From the NCBI GenBank assembly GCA_964106645.2, contig OZ067038.1: a DNA stretch of 64,000 nt; one strand, written 5' to 3'. The translations under genes were made by a program, and so were the position numbers. Source of the stretch: Podarcis pityusensis (lineage: Eukaryota). Positions 24,281 through 39,200 of the stretch are shown here, one piece after another. Under the pieces are notes generated by a model. It made no database searches. It was not told the origin of the DNA and saw nothing but the letters and a program-made list of their open reading frames with translations. Numbering within the stretch: position 1 is the first letter of the stretch; the number at the start of each line of letters is the position of its first letter.

Positions 24281-27200
24281 CTAAAGAAAAAGGGATGGTA
24301 GGAAAAGTAAGGTGGGATCCCTGCTAGTTCTTTCAGAAGTCCTAAAATAAACACCACCACAATGGCACAAGAAAAGAGGTCTTCTGGTGCAGAGTACCTT
24401 ACAGACATTACTAGCTAATGTTTATTGGCGCTAAAGATTGCCCAAAGTGGGGACAACTCTAATGTAGCCACTACAAGCAAAATGTCATGCCAGAAAAAGT
24501 AAGCTCCTCCACTCTCAACTATTACAGTTGTGGCAGTTCTCATTACTACAGGTAATTGTAGCCTAGCTCACAGGGTGGTTGTAAAGGTAAAATGGGTGTG
24601 CAAGGGGACACAGACCCAAGCTAGCTCCTTACTGAAAAAGTGAAACAGAAATGTAATAAATGACAAATAAATTTCCTTTTGCTACAATATAACAGGAAGT
24701 ACTAAAGCAGCATCATAAATGTTCTAGGATCAAAATACTGTCTACTGCCTTAATTTTACAGGAACATAATATCACTTTAATTAAGAATAGGCAAAGCACT
24801 GCAAATACTCTTTTGAGGAGGGTTCCAGAATCTTAACTAGTGATTTCTTCCTCAGATTCCAAGAAGAGAACAATACAAATCCCCAAATCTAAAATTGTTG
24901 AAAACGAAACATCTTACATTGAGGGGATTCCCCTGGTCTAATATCCTGTAAAACCAGTGGAACCATTATCCTGGAAATTGTGTGTCATTTTATTTCTCAG
25001 CACTTTATTAAACAGATTCTATACGTAAAGATTTAGTGTTGTTGAGTCTCAAGAGGACTTACAGGTGGCATGGCTCTTTAATACTAACCAACCGCTTTTC
25101 ACTTTCAGCTTGGAGCTATCCAGTTCATAAACCAGGGTAAAAACAGCAATTTTTGTACATTCCTGATTAGTCAGGCCTTTTTAAAAATTTGAAGGCAGTT
25201 GGCACCTTATATTTGTGACTTAATTGCTTATGTAACATATAATGGTGTAAGAATACAATATAAAGAATAATAGAATCGTAGAACTGTAGACTTGGAAGGG
25301 ACCCCGAGGGACATCTAGTCCAACCCCCTGCAATGCAGGAATCACTAAAGCATCCATGGTAGATGACCATCCAACCTCTGCTTAAAAATCTGCTGGACTG
25401 GATCAGACCAAGGGTCCTCCTGGTTCAGCATCCTGTCTCCAGGAGTAACCACCAGTCAGGTGTCCCTGGACAGCTGCAAGCATAGCGTGATTATTTGCTT
25501 CTGTCTCTTCACCACACCTGATAGTCAGAATCTTACTGCCTCTGACCATGAAGGTGCCATTTGGGGGCGGGGAGAGATCCCATCTCCAACCCTAGGTAGA
25601 AATGCACAGGTCCCTTGAACTTGCAATTCTGAACTGGGTCTTATTGTATTTCCTTGTCCTCCCCCTCCTCCAGCAGCTACACTGAAAAGTTGTTCAAGTA
25701 GTATTCCATAGAAGCCCTGTATTCTCTTGAAGCTTTGTATGTGTGGGCTGACACTTCACAGGTCTACACACCTACTTCCTGCAATCTCTGCAATTAACTA
25801 ATAGTGTAAATCCCAGTTTCTGATGTAACTGAGTCAGCAAGGGCTTGGCACAGAACACACACAAAGGAATTGCCACCAGCAAAACACATGAGTGGCTGAG
25901 TGAGAAGGGCAAGGAGTAACACCGAAGGAATGGTGTTCTAAAGGTAGAGCTGAGAAGATACAGTGGACTTTTAAACATGGACACAGGTATGCTGTGCCCT
26001 GGGCTGGAAGGACTTCCTTCAAAATTCCCCTCTGTCTCACAGTAAGTAGCGACTCTATATTTCATTTTCTTCAATGTTAAGCTCTGCAACTACTTAAGCT
26101 CTAGAAATCCTTCATAAATATAGTTTTGCTAATTCTCGGCTCTGCCAATCCAGTAATGAGAGACTGATAATGACTTTTCTGTCATGTAACATTCAACAAT
26201 TCCACCATATGGATGCTGTTTTGTGCTCTATAATCTGGGTAAATTTGTTGAGATGATGATATGTATATACAGCCCTTTATTTGGCAGCCCCATAATTCCT
26301 TTGTGTGGTAAGGATTTAAAGTGGGCTAAAAGGGGCAAGTGGAGTTTGGTGACCTTGAGGTGGCAGATGAAGTTAGTACGTCCTGACACATTACTGCTTT
26401 CAATCTGCATTAGATCGTACCTCATTTTGCCTAACAACTGAGGAAGGAAATGAGGTAGGAAAAGTAGCAGATCAAGTGAAACAAAGGCAGGGTAGGTCAG
26501 AAAAGACTCTTTTGGAAATAATTTGGTCTTAAAGAGAGCTCTAGAGAAAGAAAGGAAAGTGGCCTGATAAATGGAAAATGGGAAGACCATCGCAGGTAGA
26601 AGGAAGAAAAAAAAAGGAGTGAGATGTGGATTTGTACAAAAAGCTGTGGAAAATTGTGTTAATGGGGGTGACAGATAAGGAGACATAGGAATGAAGAATA
26701 CCAGAGAGGTGTTCTAAGGGACCACTGGATAAGAAGATGATTTGAAGCAGGGAGGCAGGGAAGAAGGCTGATGCTGATGGAGATAGGTCAGTAACTCTCA
26801 AATAGTACTATACTGGTTGCCACTGTCCTGAATAAAGGCTACTGCAGAAGCATGGCAGAGTCAAGCAGCAGAGGAATAAGAAGGGTCAAGCCCCATCCTG
26901 TACACTGCAATAACTCATCTGCTGCATCTCAGCCAGCTGGGATGACAGAGCCTCAACTACAAATGCTTTAAAACACAACTATTTACACACTAAGAGTTAT
27001 GATTGGCTTTCAAGTTCACAATACCTGAAGTGCTTTTTATATGTCTACTTAACATTTTCTTTGAAATACTGATAACTTGGACAGTTCTACAGTTCTAATA
27101 CGGTCATGAAAGTCATGTTGGTAGAACTCTTTCCCAATGGTTTCTTTAGTGGAAGTGAGGTTTAACAGTCAAGTATTGCCTTCTCTGGGAAGCCAGCTTG

Positions 27201-30200
27201 TTAGGTTTTCTTTTTTCTTCCAGAAATTAGAAGAAAGAAGCTCCCCACTGACTCAGAAAGCCTCAATTAAGCTCAACACGGAGGCCTCTGGCCTCCTTCA
27301 TCACACAGTTGGGAGCCACCAGCCTTTTTTATTGCTTCCCTCACCATGGACACTTGGCGGAGAGGATCCATCAGATCCTCTGGTTTCTTCAAGCGCCTCT
27401 CATTCAGGAGGCATAAAAAGCTGGGCAATCAAGTCACGATCTGGAATCATAACAGCCAAACAATAGACACCAGTGGACAACAGTACAACAAAAGGGAGCT
27501 CCCAAGAGACTTGACGAGAAAGTCGGACTATTTATCGTGTCAGAGCGAGCAAAACCTACTCAGCAAGCCACTGCCACCTCCCAAACCACCTCGGCTATAT
27601 CTGGACAGTGCCAGCTGCCCCAATATAATAAACCACACTGATTCTCCCTCTACAGACATTTCTTTCCCAAGCACTTCACGTCATTTCCACAAGGCCACTC
27701 AAACACAGCCAGACCTATTTTATAGGAACCAAGCCACAAACTGGTGGCTCTCTGAAACCACCTCCTGCTACAGAAATCCTATTCGTGATCCATTAGACCC
27801 CTTTTTTTCTTTCACATTGGATTTGGGGCCCTCACTCCTTGATGATGTTTTGCAGACACTCAGAAACCAGAATTTACTGTCAGATTAGCTAGACTTGCAA
27901 ATAAAAGCAGAGGAATTAATTACACCGAACCACTGGCTCATCTTCATTGCCTGTACGCAACCGAGGCTGCTTTTTGTTTTTCTCAATGAACTGAGAACAG
28001 CAGACCAGCTAGCAGTTGAACACAGTATCTACTTGGAATTTACTAGCATTACTGTATTTCCATTCATCACACATTCCCAAGAACTTCTACTCAGAGTACT
28101 TCATTATGACAAGATGCTTCCTACATTTGGACCGTATCAGAGATTCTACAACTAATGTGTGTCTGGAAAAGGGTGGGTGGTTGTAACATGAAGGAACTAT
28201 AAGGAACTCATGGATATACAAGAGCCTTGAACTATACATGACTGAAGTTCATCTTCCTTTATGCTGGTGCATTTTTCCCTCATTAATGGGTATATTTAAG
28301 CTATTAGAAAGCCAGACCATTATTGGAAAGCAATTATTTTTCTTTCTATTTGTCACAGGGGAAAGGAAGTGTATAACTATTGCTTCCACAATAAGCTATG
28401 AATAATCCACTGTAAAATGTGAAAGAGAATATATATTTTAGACCTTATTAAAAGTATTTCATGTACTTCATTTGTGTCTCCTTTAATTTTCATTGGCAAG
28501 CACTCATGTAACAGTGTGACTGGGGAAAACCCTGTTACATCAAACTCTAGAAAGAGCAGAAAAGGGGCCACTGAAAGGAAAACCAAACAGCTACTGCTCA
28601 ACTAAGTATATCCAAACCACCTAAGACCCCCTTGTAAGAAATATCATGTCCTAAGGCTTGATTATGGAATCATGTGGCTCCAGGGCCATGTCAAAATAAT
28701 TTATTGAGTTACTGCCCTGAATAAACACTTACAATGTGTAGATGGATTCACAGTCATACTCCCTTGCTTGCTATTGCAGGTCAGTCTCAGGACCAAAATG
28801 CAAGTGTTATTTTTTTGTGTTCTTATTTTTATTATGTATTTTGTCTTTTTTATATTGTAAATTTATGTTGTGAACCATCCTGAGATCTATGGATGAAGGG
28901 TGGTATACAAACCAACAACAACAATTCCATGTTTAAACAAGAATACAAAACCTCACAGCTTTTATTTCAGAGAGAAAACAACCACTTCATATAGCTTTCC
29001 TGTGGAAAACTGCCGCATCACTGGCTGCTATTTACCTCCAAAGGTGCAATTTACTATCTGTACTGCAGATTGGAACCCTATGGCTGCTGCTGCTGCTTCA
29101 ATATAAAACAGTCAGGCTGTGCATATTTGTTTGCAATGCATGACTAACATCACATGTAGTTTTGCCCTCTGTAAAACTAACACTTGAATTGAATTATGAA
29201 CTCCACCCGTTTTTGCATACTTGCCATAATGACTGTGCCATTAAGATAAAGCTGCAGCATGCCAAGAGTTCCTAAGTAACCAGGGACTCTTACCCTTGTT
29301 TCAGCTTCTGGCTTCACATTATAAACAAGTCACGAGTCAGACGTGAGCTTAGAGTGATTTCCTCAGGTTAACAGCATGGCCTTGTGAGAAACGCACGACA
29401 CACTATACTCTAAGCAGGGGTCGGGAAACTCTAGCCCACAGTCCTCATTAGGGCCAACACAAGTCCCAGTTTGGCCTGTGAAACAGTTTTTCCCAAACCA
29501 CGCCAACCTGCTGCCATAGGTGACATCAAGTGTGGGGCAGGTGGAGATGTGGCTGCTACTGCACAACTAGGAGTCTGAAAGTGCACTCCCAGTTGTGTGC
29601 TGTCACTAATCCAATCAGCTGACTGGCTGCGAGAGCAAGTCTATTCACTGACAGGGGGTGACTTCAAGCTTGTTTTTCCTTTTCTAGCAGGGAACATGTC
29701 ACTCGATGTCAGATTGACAGGTGGGTAGGGCCCTGCCCACCTGTCAAAGTGGCCTACCAGGGTGAGCAGAACCCAGGATCTGGCCTGCTCAATGGATCTA
29801 GTTCCCACCCCTGCTCTACAGCAATGTATATTGGCATAACTTTTCAGCTAGCATGCCAGACAATTCCCACTCCAGCACAAAAAGTGATGCTTACTCAGAT
29901 GCTTAAAAAGTTGAGGTAATTTTAATGTTTTAGTATTTTAACTTTTGTATGTTTTAAAGTATGGCTGTGAATTTTTCTTGATTATGTTGTTTTATCTTTT
30001 TGTAAACAGCTTTGAGATTTATTTATTTTATTTATTTTTACAATCATGCAGTGTAGAAATGTTATGAAATAAATAAATAGCAGATTTGTCCTGGTGCAAG
30101 TGCCAAGCTAGTGTCTCTGCTGCAAAAAAGTATCTGCTTTTGAATCATCTTTGCAGATAACAGATAATTTTTCTAACAAAAAAATACATTAAGTATGCAA

Positions 30201-33200
30201 CATCACATAACTCAAGGAGCAAGCCAACAAACAGGTTAATGCCGCAAGAGTTTTCCTTTTAGAAGCATGATGACAGCACAGACAAAACAAGCACTGTGTG
30301 GGTATACAGTCTACATGCTTAATGGATTTTACAGTATTTCAGGAGGAGGGCACCTAAGTTAAGTATTTATTGGAAGGCTAGTAAACATGAACAGGATAGT
30401 AAAAAGAGCCTCAGGGCAGACAGAAGTCAAGAGATAAGAACTGATTTAAATTAGTCATTAAAATTCAATAACTTTTTTTTTAGTATGTAAATACCAACAG
30501 AATTGGAAAAGGATCCCAAAATATAAAGAGGCATTAATACAAAAGATGTCGCTTAAAATTGGGAAGAGAATGAATAGAGCAAGTTACAAGCATTCATATT
30601 CAAGTACTGCCAAACAAAATAAGTTGTGGGAAGTTTCTGTAGAAAGGATGTAAGGAATCAGTGATGTCACCTCAGGAGTAATTATACAAAAAGAGGAAGG
30701 AAGGTGATCACTGCAGGCATGGCACAAGCAACAGGAAAAAGTTTGCATATCAAAGTGAAGTTTACTGGAACTTCACTTGTCAAAGGCTAAGGGTGCAAAA
30801 TATAAGTAATCTTTTAACAGGTTTAATATTTTTGAGTAATTGTAAAAATTCTAAAAGCAATTTTAAAATCTTCTGATTAGGAATATTACCATATTTTGTG
30901 TTGTAATGTATGGATGTTTACTTTAGGTAATTTACACAGGTTGCAGGATTCAGCTTTTTCTGTACTGAATTTAGGTTACAGTACAGAAGTTTACTATCTT
31001 TTCAAGTAAAAAATCAGTATCCCCCTACTGCAATTAAAAAAAACCAAAAAACATTGGGATCGAAATCCTGCTATTTTAGGTAACCATACCAGTTCTTATG
31101 AAAAGTGATTCATAAAAACTGGCAGGCCAGTTAACTTAGGTGGAAACTATTACTTTGGGTGGGGGGGAACACTGGATTTTATCTCCAACCTGAAAGACAT
31201 ACCAGTTATATCCCTTCTATCTGGAAACCCACTGAAAAACCAGTGCTGAATCCAGGAATTACCATGAATTGCAATTACATCCCACTGAGATGGGTCCAAA
31301 AAGAAAACTTGCTAAGGTATCATCTAAGAAAGAGTTCAGAATAGCACAATCCCAATGTCTGCACTCCAGCAAGTAGCTGGAAGGCCTCTGTATCAGAGCA
31401 TCTATCATTTCCACAGAGCTATGAACTCAGTCACAGCTCCCAGCTTGGGTTCATACACATTAATCCTGTGCAGCAGGCAGAATACACGGGCTCCCAGTAA
31501 GAAACATATGGAACGGAAACAAGCCAAGATAAACTCACGTCATAAGCCAGAGGCTTCTTAAGAAGCAATAAGCTAACTTGAAAACCAACAAGAGCTTCTG
31601 TTTGGAGACAACTGTTGCTCTTCAGTCCTGAGAAAACAACTTTTATAGGCATTGTTTGTGATAAGAATGTAAGAGTCTGATGGATCAGGCTGGTGACCAA
31701 TCTAGTCCAGCATCCTGTTTTCACAATGGCCAACCCACAAGCAGGACCCAACCACAATAGCACTCTCCCCTCCTGTGGTTTCCTGGTATTGAGAAGCATT
31801 AGTGCCTCTGGCTGGGGAGGCAGGGCATAGCTATCATGCCCAGTAGCTTCGCCTATATTGCGCAAGGGAGAAAAACATCTCTTGGCCGCAAACAACCTGA
31901 AAGTACTGCTGGATTCCACCTAGTTCAGCACAACCAGTCACAGCATTTGTTCCCCACTGCACTCCAGGCAAGACTATTTGTGGCCATAAACACACAGCCC
32001 TGTGGAGTCGGGCAGGAAAGTCACTCTTTGAAAAGAGCTGAAAGTGCTCCCTAGATGGAGCCATCCAGGCTCAAGCAAAACCTCAGGGAGGCTGAGAGGC
32101 AGTTTCTCAGGTACTACTACTTGGAATTAAACACAAAGTAACCGGCTAGCAAAACAAAGGAAGACACAAATAACAGCCTCACCTGAGAAACTACCAGAAT
32201 ACCTGCTCATTAAGTAGACAGCTGCTACTTTTCCACCCACACACTATTGAAAAAGCTATTCAAGCCACGTGCACAGAGAAAAGGAGGGCAGACTTTGGCC
32301 CAGAGTTCTCTTTGCTTTTGCTTTTAAAGAATATCTGCATATGCAGAATGAATAGCTGGGCATTCCCATCTCACATATCTATAATAGATACAGTCCAAAT
32401 CAAGATAATAAAGTGGTATTTACATGTTCCCACTTCCCTCCATCACCCATTTATCTAGTCTGTTTTGTCCTTAACACATGAAGACTCTTATTTCATTTAT
32501 GACTAACAATAGGTGCTCTGATTCAAGACACGGCAAGCTATAAATGAAAAAGTAAAAACAAATGAAGCTTCAAATATAAAATGGAAGCTCAGATGATCTT
32601 GCACTCTACAGCACCGATTCCCCTGCCTTCAACAGAGTAGGGGAAGTTCTAGAAACATTAGAACAGTCTTTATAAATGTAATATTGAAATGGTGCAATAA
32701 AGCAAATCCACATTTGGGGATGTGAGGAACCTATAGCTTAGATCTGCTTTCAAAAAGATCACAGAGGTTTATTTTATCTAGCAGATTTGCAGACAGTGCA
32801 TCACGTTTGTAGGCCTCTTTCCAATGATGGGACTTTCTCAACAAACAGAAGAGAACGTATACTCTAAAGCAGGGGTGGGGAACTGGATCTGTCCCCACAT
32901 CCCCTCCCCACAAAATTGACAGGGGCTGGCAAAGACACAGTGCACAAAGTGGTGATGATCTGCTTACTTCCTGGTCTTGCAAAGTGCTGTGCACAGGGCT
33001 TTGCAAGACCTGACCATCAGCTGATGCTGGGCTGGAGGTTTCCCACCACTGCTCTAAAACCATGAGTTTCATCAGTAAAACAAGCCTTTCTTTTTGTGGG
33101 AGAATTATCTGCCCCAATCTAGTTTCTCAGAAGAGATCACTTCCCAAGGCTCATCTTTCATCAGCTGTGCATGTACTTCTTCAGCCCAACCCTAAACACA

Positions 33201-36200
33201 GCAAACATCCCATGGGATCCTCTCTATTACTCCATTTAGCAACAGCCCAATTAGTGCCGCAGCAGATCATATCTATACAAGCTCAACATCAAGCCAGATT
33301 TATACCTGCTTTCATTAGAACAAGTTCATAAATGAAAAACTTTAAATGGCTTACAGTTGCTCAGTGAATGCTTCCCAAGGCAAAAGTACAAAGATGAACG
33401 GAATATTTTTGCTAGTGCCCATACCAGGTGTATGCAGAGTTCAAACAGATTTTAAGAACCACCAAATACAAAAGTAGCAGCTTGTATTGGTCCTACCTTG
33501 GATATCTGAGGCAGGCTGGTGCCATCAGCAAACACAGGATTGCTCTGTGGTTGGCCCTCTAGCCAGGAGATTTTTAGAGGATTGCTTATCAGGCCAACTT
33601 CATTCTTCACTGCCATCTCCTAATGAATAAAAACAGCCTCTTCATTTCATGCTTCCCATACTAAGCCCAGAATAACAGAATAGCCACAGGTCAATTGATT
33701 AAACGATCATGCTAGATCAGCATTCTCCAACCTGGTGCCCTCCAGGTGTTTTGGACTATAATCCCCATTATCCCCAACCACTGATTATGCTGGGCTGATG
33801 CAAGTTGGAGTCCAAAACATCTCAAGGGCATCAGGTTGGGGAAGGTTGTGCTAGTTGGAGCTGAAAACCCCTCCAAGCTTATATATCAGCCCCTCCCAGT
33901 CCCTGATTAGCCCATCCCATTTCCATCAGTAGGTTTATGTGTGCACATTAATGTGAGAGAGCATGCCAGCGCCACAAGGATGCACCATGTGATAGGGGAG
34001 AGCTTGTGGGAAAAGTAAAACAAATCCAGCTTGCTTAAAGCAAACCACACTAAATGTATTGTATGGAAGGATGAAAAGTAAAATAGTCAGATAATCTAAT
34101 GGGAGGAAAATTCCTTCCTAACTTCATTAAGGTTTTCTTCTGCATCTAAGGCTCATCATAATATGGAGAGAAGCATCCTAGTAACAATAACAAAATCAGA
34201 TGTAGCGTTTTAGGGTTTACTGGTAACTATCTTGATAGTGGTATTTGCATACTGATGGGAGAAGGTTTTACCATGATAGTTTTGATACTCAGGGGCTAGT
34301 TTTGTTACTCAGAGTGGGTGTTTAAAGTAACGAGAAACTCTTTTCACATTAATTACTTATCTATATAGAAATATTTAAGTATGGTTGCCTAAACTGCAAT
34401 AAATGCTTTCCCTTTGTTTTGGTGAAGTTTCTCAGAGCCTCCCACCCCTCTATAAACACCCACCTGTTGCTGAAAGATGGGAAACTGGCCCTGCTTTCTG
34501 TGCCAGTCGTAAGGGTTGGGTGGGTGAAGCCCAGTTGATGAAGAAGAGTCACAGAAAGACTTCTAATGATACCTTCTTCCATAAAGGTCAATATATACCA
34601 CCATAAAGGTGCACTGAGAAATTCCAAAGTCGAAAAACTTACAGCAGCTTTCACCGTGGCAAATTCCACAACTGCACTCCCAGTCTTCTTGCTAGAGATT
34701 AGCAAATTCAGAACCTCGCCGTACTGCCAGAATCAATAAGAAATGTAAAGTCAGACATAGGTCTAGGGGAGAAACCGCATGTTCTAAAATGTGATATATG
34801 ACAGTTCTTGCCAAAGTCTCCATAAATAACAAATGGAAAAAGGACTGCAGTGGAATGAGATACAATACTGGGGAAGAGTACATTTTGTGCTGAGATATAC
34901 TATGCATAATCATGTCAAAATGCTAGTTAAAGAGTTTTTAGAGATATTACAATAGCAGTCATTGATTTGAGGCCAAGGTCATCATAACAAGCTTGAAATG
35001 CAACACAGCCATAAGTCAGTTCACAAATCACACTCTCCCAGCAAAACCCCATAGAACATCATCATCATGTGATGTAATGAATGAGGTTATTGTTCCAGCC
35101 TAGATCTGAATTAATTGTTCACACACACACAAAAAAAGAGTAAGCCCAAGCTAGTCAAATCTGCCTAGCAGTTACTGAAGTACAAATAGGGATGAAGTAA
35201 AGATCACATGTTAAACCACACCATCAAATTATTTATGAGTCATACCACAGGGATATATTAGCTGACAAGTTAATAAATTCCTTATGGTGTCCTCCTGTAC
35301 CAACAAAAAGGAATTGAATGATTTATAATTACCATGGGAGGGCCTCATTAGTTTATGAAGATATCAACTTTCTTTGCTTATTCTTACAGAATGCTAAGCA
35401 AAACCAACCAAGGTGAAAGGAGCATTTTGGAACAGGACCTTTTGTAGGATTTGCAGAAGAACTTCTTTTGAGTAGCCTCCTTTAGTTTCATCTTCTTTCT
35501 TGCATTTCCAGCGTAGCTGATGAGGAAAAGTTAGAAATTAATTTCACACTGTTCAGTGTACTGGATGCAATATATGCAGAATCTAGCATTTGGTTTTACA
35601 TCTGTGATGCTATAGAGGCAACAGATTCAGATGTTAAAATTTGTAGACATACTAAAAGGAATGTCTACACTGCACAGGAGCAGATATACATAGTCCTAGG
35701 CACAGGGAAAAGTTCACATTTAGAAGATCTGAAAATTACTACATACATCAAGCAGCATCTGGCAACCTGTCAATATCCCAAGTCACAGAGACTTAACTTC
35801 TAATTACCTTCATCCTAGTGCCTAGATTCTAGATTAAAGTGCAAGGAACACATTAAGATGAAGTAAGTGACAATTCCAGTAAGCAGCGAGGATGCCAGAG
35901 ACAGTCCAGCATTCTGTGTGGCTAGAGGCGATCCATGTGGCTTCTACTGATGGAATGATAAGTTAGTTGCTCATCTCTCTTCATAGCTCATTTTTTGGGA
36001 ATGTCTTACTTTGAGCTTGGGTGTTCCTTTGCCCTCCTCTCCATACCCATCATGTTTGCCTCAAAGAAGAAAAGAAAAAGAAAATGAAAACTACATTGAC
36101 ATTTAATGAATGAAAATACTCAAGAAAGTCTATGTTCTGCATATCCTTAGCTTGATTTAAACTCCACCACAGGGGATTTGGGTGTAGGTTGGCAATTATC

Positions 36201-39200
36201 CTGATAACTATGCAAGTTAAAAGGGGTTCTGTTTTGACTCTTGTTTCTTCCAGAAGTGGGGCTCCAATAACAGTGAGATTGGAAAATTTCACTCAGCCAT
36301 GAAGCTCACTGGGTGACCTTGGATCAGTCACCATCTCTTAGCCTAACCTACCTCACAGGGTTGTTGTGAGGATGAAATGGGCGGGGGACGACGACACACC
36401 ACGTACACCAACTTCAGATTATTGGAATATAAAGGTGGTATATAAATGTAATAAATAAAAGAATAAATAAATAAATTTGGGATAGGAGGATAAAAATAGC
36501 ACTGAATGTTCATAAACCAATCTCACATGCCAACTGGTACTGAAAAATCTATAACAAATATTGCAAAGTTCTTTGCAAACATTCATTAAAATAATCGTCA
36601 ATACCCTCCTCATTTCCACATCTGCCTGGGGCCAAAAAGGAAATAAGTGGCACAGCTTAGAAGAGACCAGAGCTGCAATCCTACACACACTGACCTGGGA
36701 GAAGGTCCCCCTGAACTCAATTTACTTCTGAGTAGACATGCATAGGAGTGTGCTGTACATCTCCCAACTTAACTCTTCTTGTTTGGCCCTTCTACTTAAT
36801 AAAAGAATATTCTGTCAATAAACTCCACAACAAGAGACGCAGCAAAGAAAAGGCTATTTTTCTACAGGCATATACTCCTTAACAACAAAAGCAAACTGGC
36901 TTTGAGCACCCATAGGCGTGTTCTGAAGAGAACCGAGGCAAGGCAACTTTGTGGCAGTCAGAGGCTCTGACCTTGCCTGGCCTTACCTCGTACTCGCTGT
37001 TCTATCTCAAGTCGTATTTGTTCCTGGATAAGTTTTTGTTGTTCCTCCAGCTGGCGGGATCCCTCCTCACGTAACCGTAGGATCTGGGGAAAGAGGCAGA
37101 AGGCAAAAAAATGGTGGCCATGTTGCCAAGAAAAGTGGCTGTTACAAAACAATCTACTCTTTAACTTGTCGGTATGAAGAAAGTGTCACAAGGAATAGAC
37201 CAGCAGTCTCTTTATCTCCTGTCTAGCAACAACAGCCAAATTGAAAAGTTTTTTTTTTTAAAGGAGAAGAATAGATACACAGGAAGCAGCCTTATATAAA
37301 TTAGACTATCTCTCTCTACAGGTTTTTTTTTAGAAAGGAGTCTTTTTGGAGATGCCAAGGATCAATACCTAGGACCTTTTGCATGTGAAGCACACTCTAC
37401 CACTGAACTATGCCCCTCAAGTTTATAATCCCTTTATGCTATGTTTTCACACAGCCTGAACCTCAGTGTTGCTACTCCTATAGGCTGCCAGCATAATTTA
37501 TCTTTCAATACCATTAACTTTCTGCTCTTCACAATGGCTGTGCACATAAAGGATCCCATCCTCACTTCTGGTATAAAATAACATTTTGTTTGGTTGCTAC
37601 CCTTACCTCTTGCTCTAATGTTCTAGTTATCTGGATCTCTTCCTCCTTGCTAACCTGGGACTGGGCTTCTTTTTCCCGGGCTTCAAGATCTATAGCAAAA
37701 GAAGAAGTCCACAAGTTGGTAGAGCAGGAGACTCTTAATCTCAGGAATGTGGATTCGAACCCCACGTTGAGCAAAAGATTACTGTATTGCAGGAGGTTGG
37801 ACTAGATGGCCCCCGTGGTCCCTTCCAACTCTACAATTCTATGATTCCAAGACAGGACAAACCCAACAGATTGGTTTTTCCTGAGATTCATTTCTAACAG
37901 GATGAATCTCTGCTCATAGTACAGTATATTTAAGAGCACCTACTGATACCACCTCAAATTTTAATGAAAACAAACGAATTGCAGACATGAACAAATGGTA
38001 AGGATCCTGCAACCTGGCATTTACTCCATATGCAAAAGAATATTCTAGATTTACATACCAAGTTTGACTTTTTTCCTCCTTTCATCAAGTTTCTGAGTCC
38101 TTTCTGCTGCCTGTTTCTTTGCTTTCCTCACTTTATCATATGCTGCCTGCAGTAGTGATAGGACAAGAAAAAATAATAAATCAAAACAAAATGAAAGTTT
38201 CAATCACATATCTAGAAATATTAAAATTAAAACAAAACAAAGATCTGCAAGTGTCATGGACATTCAGATTGTGTTTAACAAGGATAAAAATTTTAATAAT
38301 TCGAGACTTCTCAGTAACTAACATTAGTAATGTCCACAAACAGAGGAAAGAAAGATGGACCAGAATATGTGAAATCAAGAAAGATACAAATGTTTGAAAG
38401 TATTCTGAAGTATATATCTTACTTATAATGTCTGTATTAGATCACTAGCCCAGTTTAATGCTAGCACTGTAAGGGCAGCATAGTCTGAAACATACTGACA
38501 ACAGGTGTTGACAACAGGTATAGTTTTGCTTGCAGCTTTTAACAGGGATCCAAAGAATGGGCAAGAACAATAGAATTGCAAGAGCTCTACCTGCTTTCAT
38601 GTCACAGCAGTTCAAAATACAGGAGAAAACCAATGAAAAAAGCAGTTACTTTTTTCGGTAATAAGATCTGTTGCAGCAAACGGGTTTAAAGCTGTGCATA
38701 TAGTTCTCCCTCTATCTCTCTCACATTTTTTAAAATTCCATCTTATTTCTTTATATGAAGTAATATTTACTCAGATAAGTGGAACCCAGCTCATTTTAGA
38801 ACCTAAATACTTGATCATAATGCCAAAAATCTCTTCCATCCCAAGCTATCACTAATTTAGAAAGTATGCAGATCAGTTTGAAATGAAGGATTCATATCGA
38901 GCCTCCAAGGCAAGAATAAATTAGTTTTAACCTTCCCCAAGGTCAATGAACACATTTACACTATGAGATGCCACAGGGCACTATATTGTTCCCAATGATA
39001 TTCAACATCTATATGAAGCCACGGGAAGCAGTCATTTGGAGTTTTGGAGCAAGGTGTTGCCCTGATGAAACTCAACTTTATTTCTCCATTACAACTGAGT
39101 GTGGAGCAAGATGCAGTGGTGGCCTGGATCAGAGTCAATAAACTGAGCTTGAATCCTGGAAAGACGGAGGTCTTGTGACTGGATAGCTCCTGTTTCTGGG

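Noticed and set aside
26228-26801. Hydrophobic 152-aa minus-strand ORF in DNAJC17 intron 10
   Set aside because: Reflects purine/pyrimidine strand bias; no recognisable homology or splice support
22406-27346. In-frame GCHFR-C15orf62 fusion via the phase-1 GT at 22407 and the acceptor at 27223
   Set aside because: The phase matches, but the joined frame hits TAA (...CTC AAT TAA) before the C15orf62 ATG
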